A stretch of DNA of 64,000 nt. It comes from Octopus sinensis (Eukaryota). Shown piece by piece: positions 26,847 through 39,746 of the stretch. Each line of letters starts with the position of its first letter. Position 1 is the first letter of the stretch. The stretch spans positions 52,576,001 to 52,640,000 of the forward strand of contig NC_043006.1 in the NCBI RefSeq assembly GCF_006345805.1, written 5' to 3'. Below the pieces are notes generated by a model that did not search any database, was not told where the DNA came from, and worked only from the letters and a program-made list of their open reading frames with translations. Both the position numbers and the translations under genes were made by a program.

Positions 26847-27326
26847 GTTTGTATAGGTTGTTAGAAGTAATATACAGATTTTTCATATTAAGAAAAAGGC
26901 AGCAGTCAGAATTTTAGACATCTCATTATTTCGCGTTGAGACTCTTCAGAATAAATTTTCTGTAATGTGCATTTTATACAGATTATAAAAAATACAAAAG
27001 GAGAGAGAGAAAAGGGGGAGGACGAGGGGAGAGGAGGAGAGGGGTGATGCTAGAAAGGATGGAGAAAAGAAAGAAAAGTAGGGAGGAAGAAAGAATCTAT
27101 TTTGGGATGGTTTGTGATTTATAGGTAGGTAGCTGGTGCTAATATTTTAAGATGTCATTTTTGTTTTTTTAGAGACAGAAAGCAGGACAAGAGAAAAAGA
27201 GAAAGTAAAGAAAAGCAATGAACTTTAGAGCAAATTTATTCTGAAGAGATCCAACGAATGGATGAAAGCATTATAAATGAAAAATTATCCAAATTCTGAC
27301 TGACTCCTTATATACATACATGCATA

Positions 27327-27438
<112 letters not shown>

Positions 27439-27649
27439 AAAAAAGGAAATGAAGAAAATGCTGACAAATAATTGAAGTAATTTAAGTAATTTAATTAGGT
27501 GAAAGTTCTTTTTACCGGTTGCGCATTTGTTATGCTTATCAAAATTTGATAAGCATAACAAATGCGCAACCGGTAAAAAGAACTTTCACCTAATTAAATT
27601 ACTTAAATTACTTCAATTATTTGTCAGCATTTTCTTCATTTCCTTTTTT
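27439..27649. repeat. Perfect palindrome, 105-bp arms, 1-nt spacer at 27544
   Basis: Base-by-base symmetry; ORFs 27271-27561(-) and 27527-28132(+) begin with nearly the same peptide. Confidence 0.95.
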
Positions 27650-27687
27650 ATATATCACCACTCGTGTTCGACATCTCCTTTTTTTAA

Positions 27688-27724
<37 letters not shown>

Positions 27725-27725
<1 letters not shown>

Positions 27726-28105
27726 CGCGGGGCGCCATCGCGGGCGCGTGTCCGCTCCGACCGTCCGTTCGCACTCCCGGCCCTATTCGCCGGTGTGTGC
27801 GCGGTCGGACCGCGGAGCTCTGCGCGCATTGCCGCCGCGTCGGCCGCCCTGCCCTGTCTTCGCTCGTCCGGTTTCACGCCTGCGCGGCGTCGCTCTGGCG
27901 TCGTCGCACGGGCGGAGCGGGATCCATGAGGCAGGCGTCGTCGGGCGTCGCCGTTCGCGTTGCGGCAGCGCGTCCATCTCCCGGTCGTTTCGGACCGCAT
28001 GGTTCCTCCGAGGGCGCTCTTCGCCGAGTGCTCGAGGCGGCCGGTAAGTTCACTGTGAAAAAATTAGAGTGCTCAGAGCGAGCCCCGCCGGCTTGCATAC
28101 GACTG
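27725..28105 (+). rRNA. 18S: Orphan 18S rDNA fragment (GC-rich V4 expansion plus flanking conserved segment); rRNA pseudogene piece
   Basis: GCGCTCTTCGCCGAGTGCTCGAGGCGGCCGGTAAGTTCACTGTGAAAAAATTAGAGTGCTC matches the conserved metazoan 18S segment after V4 as I recall it. Abrupt GC-rich island; cephalopod 18S is known for GC-rich expansions. Confidence 0.8.
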
Positions 28106-28191
28106 AAATGTTTTTTTATAAAATTAATTTAGCACTTTCTATCTTGACTTATTTTTCCATACATATCAACTCATATGTTCCTTTTCAACCT

Positions 28192-28237
<46 letters not shown>

Positions 28238-29551
28238 TGTATAATCGGTTTACTGCTCTTTAAAAGAAAAGAAAATCGCAATTTATTTCTTTTTATAATA
28301 CCACACTACTTTACTTTAATGAGCTGCGATTAGCCGTTCCCAATCTAAATTGATTTAAAATTTTATTGTAAATATCTTATTAATAAGGCTGGCGTAAACG
28401 ATGGAAACTGAGTATATGTGTTTGTATTTAAAGAAAGTAAGTATATACAATAAGGAAAATATTCAAATGTATATATAAAAAAAAAAAAAACATTGGAGAC
28501 TGTAATTATTTCGTAATCTATTTTGTATCCAGTATTGCCAACATTATTTTAAGTTTTAAATTTCTTTAGGATAACCGATATTTTTTGTTGGATAACACTT
28601 CGATAACTAAGCGAACTGGTTGGTAAAATTTTGCAGTTTGCAACTAAGTGCAGGGATTGTAGATCCTTCTACCAGTCCATTATGAGACTGTGAACATGCA
28701 AGTAAGGCTTTTTACATATAATTTGAGGAAGCTTTGGGATTGGATCTTTCTTAAAATCAAGGTATGTTATGAATATGAGATTCGTATATTAATGTGTCAT
28801 CCGTGGACGTTTTTAACGATTCTGGTATGAATATGTACAATGTAGTTTTCTTGGGGATGTGTGTGCATATTTAGGGCTAAATGAACAAACCAAAATGTCG
28901 TGAAAATGTTACAATGATGATCTCCAATGGACGCATCTGTGATCTTGTTATGTCGCACGTTCGGATGACCTCTACTCAACACTGCTCTCTTCGCTACTCA
29001 ACGCTCCTCTTGACTTGACTACGAATTGGGCTAGCCTACTTCATCGTCCACACACAACAGATCTTCAATAATATATTTGGGTACAGCCTTATCGTACACC
29101 TAGATTTCAAAATCAATTTCCATTACTGCATACCTTGTATTATGGTAGTAATATCTCGTCTAAATAATATACTAATAGGTACGGATCTTTAGAGTGCATA
29201 GAGCAGTGGACAAAGTTCCTTGTGGTATTTGACCACATCCGTTAATGTTCTGCAAGGTTAACTTTATCGTTTGTACTGACAGGGTCGATAAAATAAACAC
29301 TTTTGCCGAACTGTGGTTCCTAAATCAACGAAACCCATCCCCACAAAAAAGTATAGCTATGTCAATCGAAGCTGGTGTATTTATAGAGAAAATACAAGAA
29401 TGAAAGCCCATAAAACATACAAAAATAGATAGTCGAAAGTATTTTTGATGGCGTTCGCTAGGAATCTTTTCTGTGTAATTACGCTCATAAACATGAACAC
29501 ACACACAGTATTTATATACATATATATATATATGCATATACACACACACGC

Positions 29552-29592
<41 letters not shown>

Positions 29593-29699
29593 ATATGGTG
29601 TCGAATGACCCGGCACAAGTTATTTATTGAGTGTATATTTACATTTTATATTGCATTAAAAGGGTCTATATAGGGACGACGTTCTTTTTGCCTTCTGTA

Positions 29700-30230
29700 A
29701 ACGTAGCAATGTAAAAAGAGGGAAAGATAAAAAAACTTTAAAATTTCTTCAAAAATTTAGGACTGTATATTAAGACAGGAAATAACAAGTAAGGTAGTTA
29801 ACTTTCTAGATGTAAGACTGAAACTTAATAGAAGCCTTTATTGTACGCATCAACGAAAACTTGGAACACCTTCACAGAAATTCCAACCATCATTGATTTA
29901 TCACGCGATATTTCGTCAAATATATCCAAAGTTTTTTGCTAATGCGGGCTGTTATAATACATTTGGAATTTTGAATTAGCCATACTACTCTCAACAACAA
30001 AACTTATAAAAATAAGTTAGGTAAGAGAGATGTGATTTAAACCCACCTTTTGGAATTAATGTAGCCTCGGATGTATCTGGAATTTTCTTTATGGTTTGGA
30101 GAAGTATTCTTCCTTTAATAAATATAATAAAACTTTTAATTGACTTATTGCGAAATTTGCGTATTCTAACATGCCTAGTTATACAAATGATATAGTAGTT
30201 GTTAACAATAAATAATTAAACAGCATTTGT
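29700..30230 (+). pseudogene. Decayed Penelope-like RT thumb/linker remnant
   Basis: VVNFLDVRL, (F)KPTF/NPPF-like segment and AYSNMPS, paralleling 17400-18000. Confidence 0.55.
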
Positions 30231-30489
30231 AAAAGGGCACGTGCCTTTGATTATTCACGTTGTAAATGCAGATCTAGTAGGCTTGGTTGTTATTTCTGGC
30301 AGGTCGAGTAACTGCGTAGAGGTTTATTCTATGATACAAGTATTATGGAATTATTTTTTGATGCTGTTGTTATTTAGATCCAACTAAGTTTTGGTTTATT
30401 AAATTTATAATGAAAATCATCCCACCCTAACAATTCTGATTTCATTTTTTGTGTGCTGGAAGACCGGGGCCGTGGTAACTATTCTTTTA

Positions 30490-30975
30490 TTCTGTTATTC
30501 TTTTACTTGTTTCAGTCATTTCACTGCAGCCATACTGGAGCACCTCCTTAAAGGGTTTCAGTCGAAGAACTCGACCCCAGGACTTGTTCATTGTAAGCCT
30601 AGTACTTATTCTATCGAGCACTTTTTCTGAACTGCAAGGTTTTGGGAACATAAACACACCAGCATCAGTTATCAAGCGATGGCAGGGATCAAACATGCAC
30701 CCGCGCACGCAAAGACAAATATATACATATATACAAGTTCTGATCAATATGTATCTGGTCTGTTACCATAGTAACGAAGCTAAAGCACGCAGCAGGAAGC
30801 CACTTGGAACAAATTGAGTTTGAACTCTGCTGTGCATAGACATCTTTCATTTTCCGACTCCCAAATACACTCACAAAACTTTGATCGGCCCAAAGCTATA
30901 GTAGAAGACACTTTCATAAGGTGCCACGCAGTGAGAGTGAACTCGGAACCATGTAGTTGGGAAGCAAGCTTCTTA
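30490..30975 (-). mobile_element. SINE family B, fragmented
   Basis: 3' GGTGCTCCAGTATGGCTGCAGTGAAATGACTGAAAC at 30505-30545; head near 30920-30970. Confidence 0.7.
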
Positions 30976-30984
30976 TTTCTTTAT

Positions 30985-31408
30985 TGCCCACCACGGGCTA
31001 AACATAGAGAGGACTAACAAGGACAGACAAAAGGATTAAGTCGATTACATCAACCCTAGTGCGTAACTGGTATTTAATTTATCGACCCCGAAAGGTTGAA
31101 AGGCAAAGTCGACTTCGGCGGAATTTGAACTCAGAACGTAACGGCAAACCGCTAAGCATTTCGCCCGGTGTGATACTTTCTTATTTCTTTACTGCATACA
31201 AGGGGCTACACACAGAGGGGACAAACAGGACAAAGGGATTAAGTCGATTATATCGACCCCAGTGCGTAACTGGTACTTATTTAATCGACCCCAAAAGGAT
31301 GAAAGGCAAAGTCGACCTCGGCGGAATTTGAACTCAGAAAGTAGCGGCAGACGAAATACCGCAAAGCATTTCGCCCGGCGTTCTAACGATTCTGCCAGCT
31401 CGCTGCCT
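30985..31408 (-). mobile_element. SINE family A, tandem partial dimer
   Basis: Core repeated at about 31050-31140 and 31255-31340. Confidence 0.85.
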
Positions 31409-33245
31409 TTTTACCACACAGCCACGCCTGCGACTGTTCGGCACGTCTATATCATTTTTACAGATACACAGACTGTGAATTGAGAGAATTTAGCAACTAC
31501 TTCTTATAGATCTACCTACCGCATAGATGCTCGTACGTTGGCCGGTGGATGGCAGAACAAGTAAGGCTGCAAGGAAATGCTATGCTGTATTACTTATGAC
31601 ACTACGTTCTGATTTCAAATTCCGCTGAGATCGAAGAAGTAGCTACTTCTCAATTACGTTCTTTATTGTAATCAACTAACCACCCCACAACGTCTGTTGT
31701 GTTGTGCATTATTCACAAATGCTTAAAATATTTTGAAACTTCGCAACATTGTTTTCTCTCGTCCACCATTTACTTTCTGAGATTTATGCTGCTGTTCTTT
31801 AGTCCTTGGTCAAACCTGTTCGATCAGCCCATGATCGAAAACGTTTCCAAATATTCAGATACTATCTAATCCACACTCCTTGAAACAGGAAAGTGTAACT
31901 TGAGGTAAAACTGTCTGATATTTCTAGCAATTCCAGTTTACCACGCAGAGAACCCTCGTTAGCTCGATCAGGCTTCATGTAAGAGAAAATATTGCAAAGT
32001 AAAGAACATATTTGCCCAGACAAGACGTTGATACAATATGGAAGTGGACGTTGAAATATCTGTTCTTATTTATTTCAACATCTGATCTCATTTGTAATTT
32101 TGTTTCTATCAACAGGTGCCACGATCTAGCTGGTTCCTTCTTCATATCATGTTTACTAAAAGGTGTTCGGTAAGCGGGAGGATACTGGAACAACTGGGTC
32201 TTTGACAAATATTTAGGAATAACTCTTTTGTTTTGTTGACGTCACTGTTTTGGCAATGTGAGGCACTCCCACAACTAACAAACATAGACACAATCTATTG
32301 TACATGTTGCTTGACACTTAGTGGCAAAAAAATCTGTACACCTGGTTACATTGAAATCAATTGAACTTATGAAATTTCCAGTCAATGAGATGAAAGAAAG
32401 GGGTAAACGGAAGAGAGGTTAACGAAAGGAATTTAAATCAATAATAATATTGAAACAAGTGACAAACTAAAAGCTAAAAACGGATCTAGGTTTGTTTTAT
32501 TGTTCTAAGAATGAAGAATATTTTTTTTCTTTTTAGTTTGAATTTAGATGTAAACGGTTTTCTCTCCTTCCTTTCTATACATACAACATACAGACTCACA
32601 CATGCATGTTTGTATGCTTGGGTGAGAGTGTATGTATGTATGTATGTATGTATGTATGTATGTATGTATGTATGTATGTATGTATGTATGTATGTATGTG
32701 TGTGTGTATATATGTGTATATACACAGTTACGCACACGCACATAGTTATATATATACATATGTACATATATATATATGTATTATGTATGTATATATTTAT
32801 GTTTGTGTGAATAATCTATAAGTAAGAAAATATTTATACTATACTTGTTTGCATTGAATACTTTTATTTCTTGTTTGAACATTCAAACACATACGCATGT
32901 ATCTAATGATCCACATTCCGACCCACATACACACATGTACATAGACACACACAAACACACACACGCACTCGTACATACATACATACATACATACATACAT
33001 ACATACATACATACATACATACATACGTACATGCGCAAACACACGCGTGCATATATGCGCACACACTCATGAAAACGCATAGTAAATTATACATAAGCAC
33101 TCAAGCAAACTGAGTCCTAACTTGTACAGTTTGCCAAAAGATTTGCAAGGGAGCAACAGGCCTGAAGAAACACAATCGTGTCCACAGAACATGATTAACT
33201 CTTTATTTTACTGAACCCCCATTTTTCGCCCATGACAAGAGAATT

Positions 33246-33397
<152 letters not shown>

Positions 33398-33438
33398 CAT
33401 ATATATATATGTATATATGTATATGTGTGTATGTGTGT

Positions 33439-33736
33439 GTGGAGGCGCAATCGCCCAGTGGTTAGGGCAGCAGACACGCGGTCATAGGATCGCGGTTTCG
33501 ATTCCCAGACCGGGCGTTGTGAGTGTTAGTTGAGCGAAGAACACCTAAAGCTCCACGAGGCTCTGGCAGGTGGGGGGGGGAAACCTGCTTTCACCACAAC
33601 TTTCTCTCATTCTTTCTTCCTGTTTCTGTTGTGCCTGCATTTCAAAGGGCCAGCCTTGTCACATTACTTTCATGAAGAGGCTGTTCTGTTGATCTGATCA
33701 CCTGGAACCCTCGTCGTTGCAACCGACGGAGTGCTA

Positions 33737-33738
<2 letters not shown>
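33439..33738 (+). mobile_element. tRNA-derived SINE family C
   Basis: GTGGAGGCGCAATCGCCCAGTGGTTAGGGCAGC...GGTTTCGATTCCC head. Confidence 0.85.
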
Positions 33739-33811
<73 letters not shown>

Positions 33812-33849
33812 TCTTGCACAACAAATATATAAACGTATATATATGTGTG

Positions 33850-33982
33850 TGTGTGTGTGTATATATATAGTTAATCCAAACAAGAAAGCACAAAAAACAC
33901 AACGCGAGGACGTGCAACAAATATAGTATTATTGGACGCTCAGGAAAGAAGGAAAGAAGGAGGGTTTAACGTTTCGAGCGTT
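33850..33982 (-). repeat. Truncated copy of the small hammerhead repeat (3' half only)
   Basis: Minus strand GCTCGAAACGTTAAACCCTCC...GTCCTCGCGTTG matches 38392-38470. Confidence 0.65.
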
Positions 33983-34996
33983 ATATATATGAATGCATTT
34001 TTGTGTATGTATTTTTGTTGCTCTTTCCACTTTCATCCTTTGCGCATCTCTTTGTCTTTATTCTTTATTTTTCAGTAGTTTACCTTCTACTCCTTAACAC
34101 ACTCCACATGCACAAGTAACATTAGTTTCTATATTACTCCCTATTAATACAATCACTATATCCAATCACACCTCTTTCGTTTTGTTTTCAGATTTTCCTA
34201 CTCTCCTCCATTTTCATAATTATTTCCCAGTCTACTTTCACTTTCTCCGACATACTCTGCGCAACACGAAAGAATCATGGGCGTAAAATAAGTTACTTTG
34301 AGATATGTGCAATGAACTGCACTTTTTGTTCGTTAGTCCGAAATTAGTTGTGATAAGACAGACCTTTGTATAAAATGTCTTTCATCCGAGGGTATACTAT
34401 TTTTCGTTGTCGTGGATAGCATTATCCATTGATTCTACCCACTTTTTAAAACTACAGAGTGTGTGAGTGTGTAATTTCAGCTCGTCTTTGTTTACCGATA
34501 GAAGCAAACTTTTGTTTTGCAACACCCAAATGTTAGCTCTTATCTAGATCTATGATAAAAGCCATTACAATAGTGAACATTCTTTTGAGTATCTGAGACA
34601 GCATTACCGATTGTGGCCTTACTGTCTTTAAGTCTTTATTTTGAGTACTTTGAGAGTGATTTGGTTGTTTTTGCAGCAGTTCGACAGACCGCTCGAAGAG
34701 TGACGTCTTTGTCAGTATGTATCCGTAAAAACTGCTATACGTGTGTTATGTATATGCGTGTGTCTATATATGTACTGTTTAGATTTGTACGTATTTATGT
34801 GCGTGCGTGCGTATGTGTGTGTGTGCATGTGTGTGTGCATGTGTGTGTGCATGTGTGTGTGTGTGTACATGTGTGTGCAGGAATTATTTGCTATGTATAT
34901 ATCGCTGTTGTCTTATTGATGTTCGTGTACGATTTAAGAACGATATGGTTAATATTTTTGTCATGTTTAGCTACCATCTAGTGATTCAGGTTGATA

Positions 34997-35028
<32 letters not shown>

Positions 35029-35494
35029 TCGCACCCACTCACATACACCGTGTGTGTGCATACACCAACATACCTATCTAACTACCTGCGTACCTAAAGA
35101 TCCACATCCACATCCACCTCATCGCCCCCGCATACACACGCACATGTATATATATATGCATACACATACACAAACATACATACTTACATACTTTTATATC
35201 CTTGTATTGGGTATAAAATATAACGAAGCAGGTGGAAGAAAGCATATAACCGACGCAGTACTATTTTTATTACACCAGACTCAACGCTGTATATAAAAGG
35301 CTGACGGTGAACTGTACCGACACGATACCAATCGTTCACAGTTCTTTATTTTATAACAATGGGATAGTCTACATTTAGTCACTTGGGGTTGGTCGGATTC
35401 CTTTCACTACACATACACACATACATATATACATACATACATACATACATACATACATACATACACACCCACACACATACATATATACATACAT

Positions 35495-36212
35495 GTTTGT
35501 TCCTTCTCAAGCCATGCCTGGCTGATAAGGGCCGGTTTCCCGGTTCCCTTGGCATATAGGTTCCTCAACAGGACGGGACGCCGGTCCGTCGCAGGTGAGC
35601 TGCAAGATGCAGGAGGAAAGAGTGAGAGAAAGTTGTGGCGAAAGAGTCGGCAGAAGTTTGCCATTACCTTCTGTCGGAGCCGCGTGGAGCTTAGGTGTTT
35701 CGCTCATAAACACATACATCGCCCGGTCTGAGATTCGAACCCACCATCTCTCAAACACGAGTCTGCTGCTCTAACCACTAGTCCATGCGCCTCCACTACA
35801 TACATACATACATACATACATACACACCCACACACATACATAATACATACATACATACATACATACATACATACATACATACATACATACATACATACAT
35901 ACATACATGTTTGTTCCTTCTCGAGCCATGCATGGGTCATAAGGGCCGGTTTCCTGGTTCCATTAGCATATAGATTCCGCACCTGGACGGGACGCCGGTC
36001 CGTCGCAGGTGGGCTGCAAGATGCAGATGCAGAAGGAACGAGTGAGAAAATGTTGTGGCGAAAGAGTCTGCAGAGGTTCGCCATTACCTTCTGCCGGAGC
36101 CGCGTGGAGCTTAGGTGTTTCGCTCATAAATACATCGCCTGGTCTGAGATTCGAACCCGGGATCTCTCGACCACGAGTCCGCTGCTGTAACCACTAGTCC
36201 ATGCACCTCCAC
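35495..36212 (-). mobile_element. Two tandem family C SINEs (35495-35796, 35909-36212) embedded in (TACA)n
   Basis: Same start and end points, each bounded by TACA arrays; visibly diverged from each other. Confidence 0.88.
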
Positions 36213-36399
36213 TACATACATACATACATACATACATGCATACATACATACATGCATACATACATACATGCATACATACATACATACATACATACATACA
36301 TACATACATACATACATACATACATACATACATACATACATACATACATACATACATACATACATACATACAAATAGAATCACCGATCAGCAAATTATG

Positions 36400-36990
36400 A
36401 GGACTGCTTTTCCAGAAGACGTTTCAGAAAATCAAGATGAGGAGAGCATCATCTCCTTCAGTTTCCTGGTAAGTGGGTGCATGATGAAGAGTGAATGGTA
36501 CACTGTGTCACACAAGAAGCTTAGACAAGCCACCAGTAAGAAGAAACGGGACAATAATCTGAAAACTATCCACATTCAAATTAAAAGAAAACACGAAATG
36601 GTGCAACATGTGACCACTTAAGTGTTTGGCAGCAAATGCAGTTATAAACCAAATTTGGCTGGTCACTAGTCCTCCATCAACCGTAGAGCTCGGATCTCAT
36701 GTATTCTATCCACACTCTGTTTGGTCTAATGGAGGGCCGAACAAATTATCAACGATATTTTACAAGAGACAAGTGGATGTCGAAGTGAACATATCAGCGA
36801 AGAGTTGGATTTTTTCCAGTATGAATTAGAGTGTAGAGTTCAACGATGGAACAATGGCATCGCTCGTCATAGACACTGTGTCGAGTAGTGCCTTTGTGAA
36901 GAGAAAGAGTTACTTTACTAACATGTGCAATTCGAACGAACTACATGGGATAATAAAAAGGCTACGTCCACTTTTGCGTTATTTCAATAT
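36400..36990 (+). pseudogene. Decayed mariner transposase C-terminal half
   Basis: KLRQATSKKKR and FGWSLVLHQP*SSDL (cf. LGWEVLPHPPYSPDL); many stops. Confidence 0.6.
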
Positions 36991-37023
36991 ACCTTGCATA
37001 CACACACACACACACACACACAT

Positions 37024-37728
<705 letters not shown>

Positions 37729-37735
37729 ATATTAA

Positions 37736-37807
<72 letters not shown>

Positions 37808-37974
37808 CAGCACCCGTACCCCTTTGGTCTTATATGTAAGTATGTATATATATATATTTGCAGATATAGGGTGAAAAATTATTAATTCAATAAAATCAAC
37901 AAATTTCACCTAGTAGTTTTTCTGTATGGAAAAATACCATATTCGGTAAAAACTTATACAAAAAGTTCTTTTTA

Positions 37975-38192
37975 TATATATAATTATAACAATAAGGGTT
38001 TAGCAACAAGTTGCTTGACCACATACCGAAAATTTTAGAAATAGCAGCCACAGCCACAAAAATATGCCTCCACGGACGTGGAGGCATATTTTTGTAGAAA
38101 AATAAATAGTAGTCATTTGGCTGCTATTTCTAAAATTTTCGGTATGTGGTCAAGCAACTTGTTGCTAAACCCTTATTGTTATAATTATATAT
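37975..38192. repeat. Foldback of the motif GGGTTTAGCAAC...CCACATACCGAA...AAATAGCAG with inner hairpin
   Basis: About 75-bp near-perfect arms; the motif is shared with 53300-53360. Confidence 0.85.
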
Positions 38193-38217
38193 ATATATAT
38201 TTGTCTGTGTGTGTGTG

Positions 38218-38263
<46 letters not shown>

Positions 38264-38372
38264 TGTGTGTGTGTGTATGTGTGTGTGTCTGTGTGTGTCT
38301 GTGTGTGTGTAACCACATGTGAATCGTTGGCGATATTTTCCTCCGTCTTACTTTACTATTGGACATTCCTCT

Positions 38373-38407
38373 GTTTCTGAAGAAGAGCTTTGCTCGAAAC
38401 GTAAAGC
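38373..38407 (+). ncRNA. Putative minimal type I hammerhead ribozyme
   Basis: GTTT-CTGAAGA-A-GAGC(TTT)GCTC-GAAAC-GTA-AAGC; helix III is loopless, so it could fold only as a dimer. Confidence 0.6.
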
Positions 38408-39120
38408 CTCCATTTTTACCTTCCCTGAGCGCCTGCTAAAACTTTACAAGTACCACGTCCTCGCGTTGATTTCTTTTTTGAGTTTGTTCTTGGTTTTCAT
38501 TTGATTTACTATATATATATATATATATACATATATGAGGTTTAACTCTTATTTCTTGCGTGTCTGAATTTTGCTCCCTCTCCCCAACATCGCTTGATAA
38601 CCGATGCTGGTGTGTTTACGTACCCGTAACTTACCGGTTCGGCAAAAAGAGTCCGATAGAATAAGTACTAGGCTTATGGCCGCAGTCAAATGACTGAAAC
38701 AAATAAAAGTATATATATATATATATATATATATGAATACCTTCGAAACACGCATTGAGTCGAAACAGGGGCAGCTGAAGAAGGGGAATATTCCTTGTAT
38801 TGTTTGTCTTGTACTCTGTTTTTTCGTTGCTAAAAAAAGTCCGTTTCCTTGTTTGATTTTATGTTTTCGTTTCTCGTTGTGTTCTACGTTTATTTGTGGT
38901 ATCCTGTACTCATATATGCATGTATATATACATATAGATGTAGGAATGTACATATATGTATGTATGTATGCATATGTTTTATTTATTAAATTGTTATTAT
39001 ATATATATATATTCGTAAATGTATGCATATATGGGTATGTGTGTATGTGAGCCTTATCTCTCTATATATATATACATATACACATATCTATCTATCAGTC
39101 TGCCTGTCTCTCTCTCTCTC

Positions 39121-39154
<34 letters not shown>

Positions 39155-39173
39155 CGTGTGTGTGTAAGCGTGC

Positions 39174-39210
<37 letters not shown>

Positions 39211-39505
39211 CGTGCGTGTGTGTGTGTGTGTATCCTTTACTTGTTTGTCATTATACTGCTGAGACACCGCCTTAATGAATTTTAGCTGAACAAATCGACC
39301 TCACTACTCATTCTTTTTAAAACCTGCTACATATTCTATTGATTTCTTCTGCCAAACCACTATATACATTTACATACGCACACACACACACGCACATACG
39401 CACACACATACGCACATATCTGTATGTATAGAAATATACAATGTTACGTGTGTGTGTGTGTGCAAACATATTTATATCAATAAACACACACACACAACAA
39501 ATACA

Positions 39506-39571
<66 letters not shown>

Positions 39572-39644
39572 GTAATGACAATAATTATAGGATGGAATTT
39601 ATAAATTTATAATACATCACTACGCACGTTTCCACAAATCACAT

Positions 39645-39746
39645 GATTTTGACATCAGAGTCAGTATCCTTAGGATTAAGAGAGTATACTGATAATACGG
39701 ACTATGCCGTACTAATCCCCAGGATACAGACTCTTATGTCAAAATC
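39645..39746. repeat. About 100-bp MITE-like hairpin
   Basis: GATTTTGACATCAGAGTCAGTATCCT vs AGGATACAGACTCTTATGTCAAAATC. Confidence 0.7.

Noticed and set aside
27527-28132. 201-aa and overlapping GC-rich ORFs
   Set aside because: Read-through of palindrome, microsatellite and 18S-derived sequence; no protein signature.
33439-33510. tRNA genes at SINE heads (also 23063, 46747, 62820)
   Set aside because: A/B boxes are present but run into SINE bodies; no complete cloverleaf.
38745-38800. CTGAAGA-AGGGGAATATTCCTT as a permuted hammerhead
   Set aside because: Helix I cannot close in either topology.
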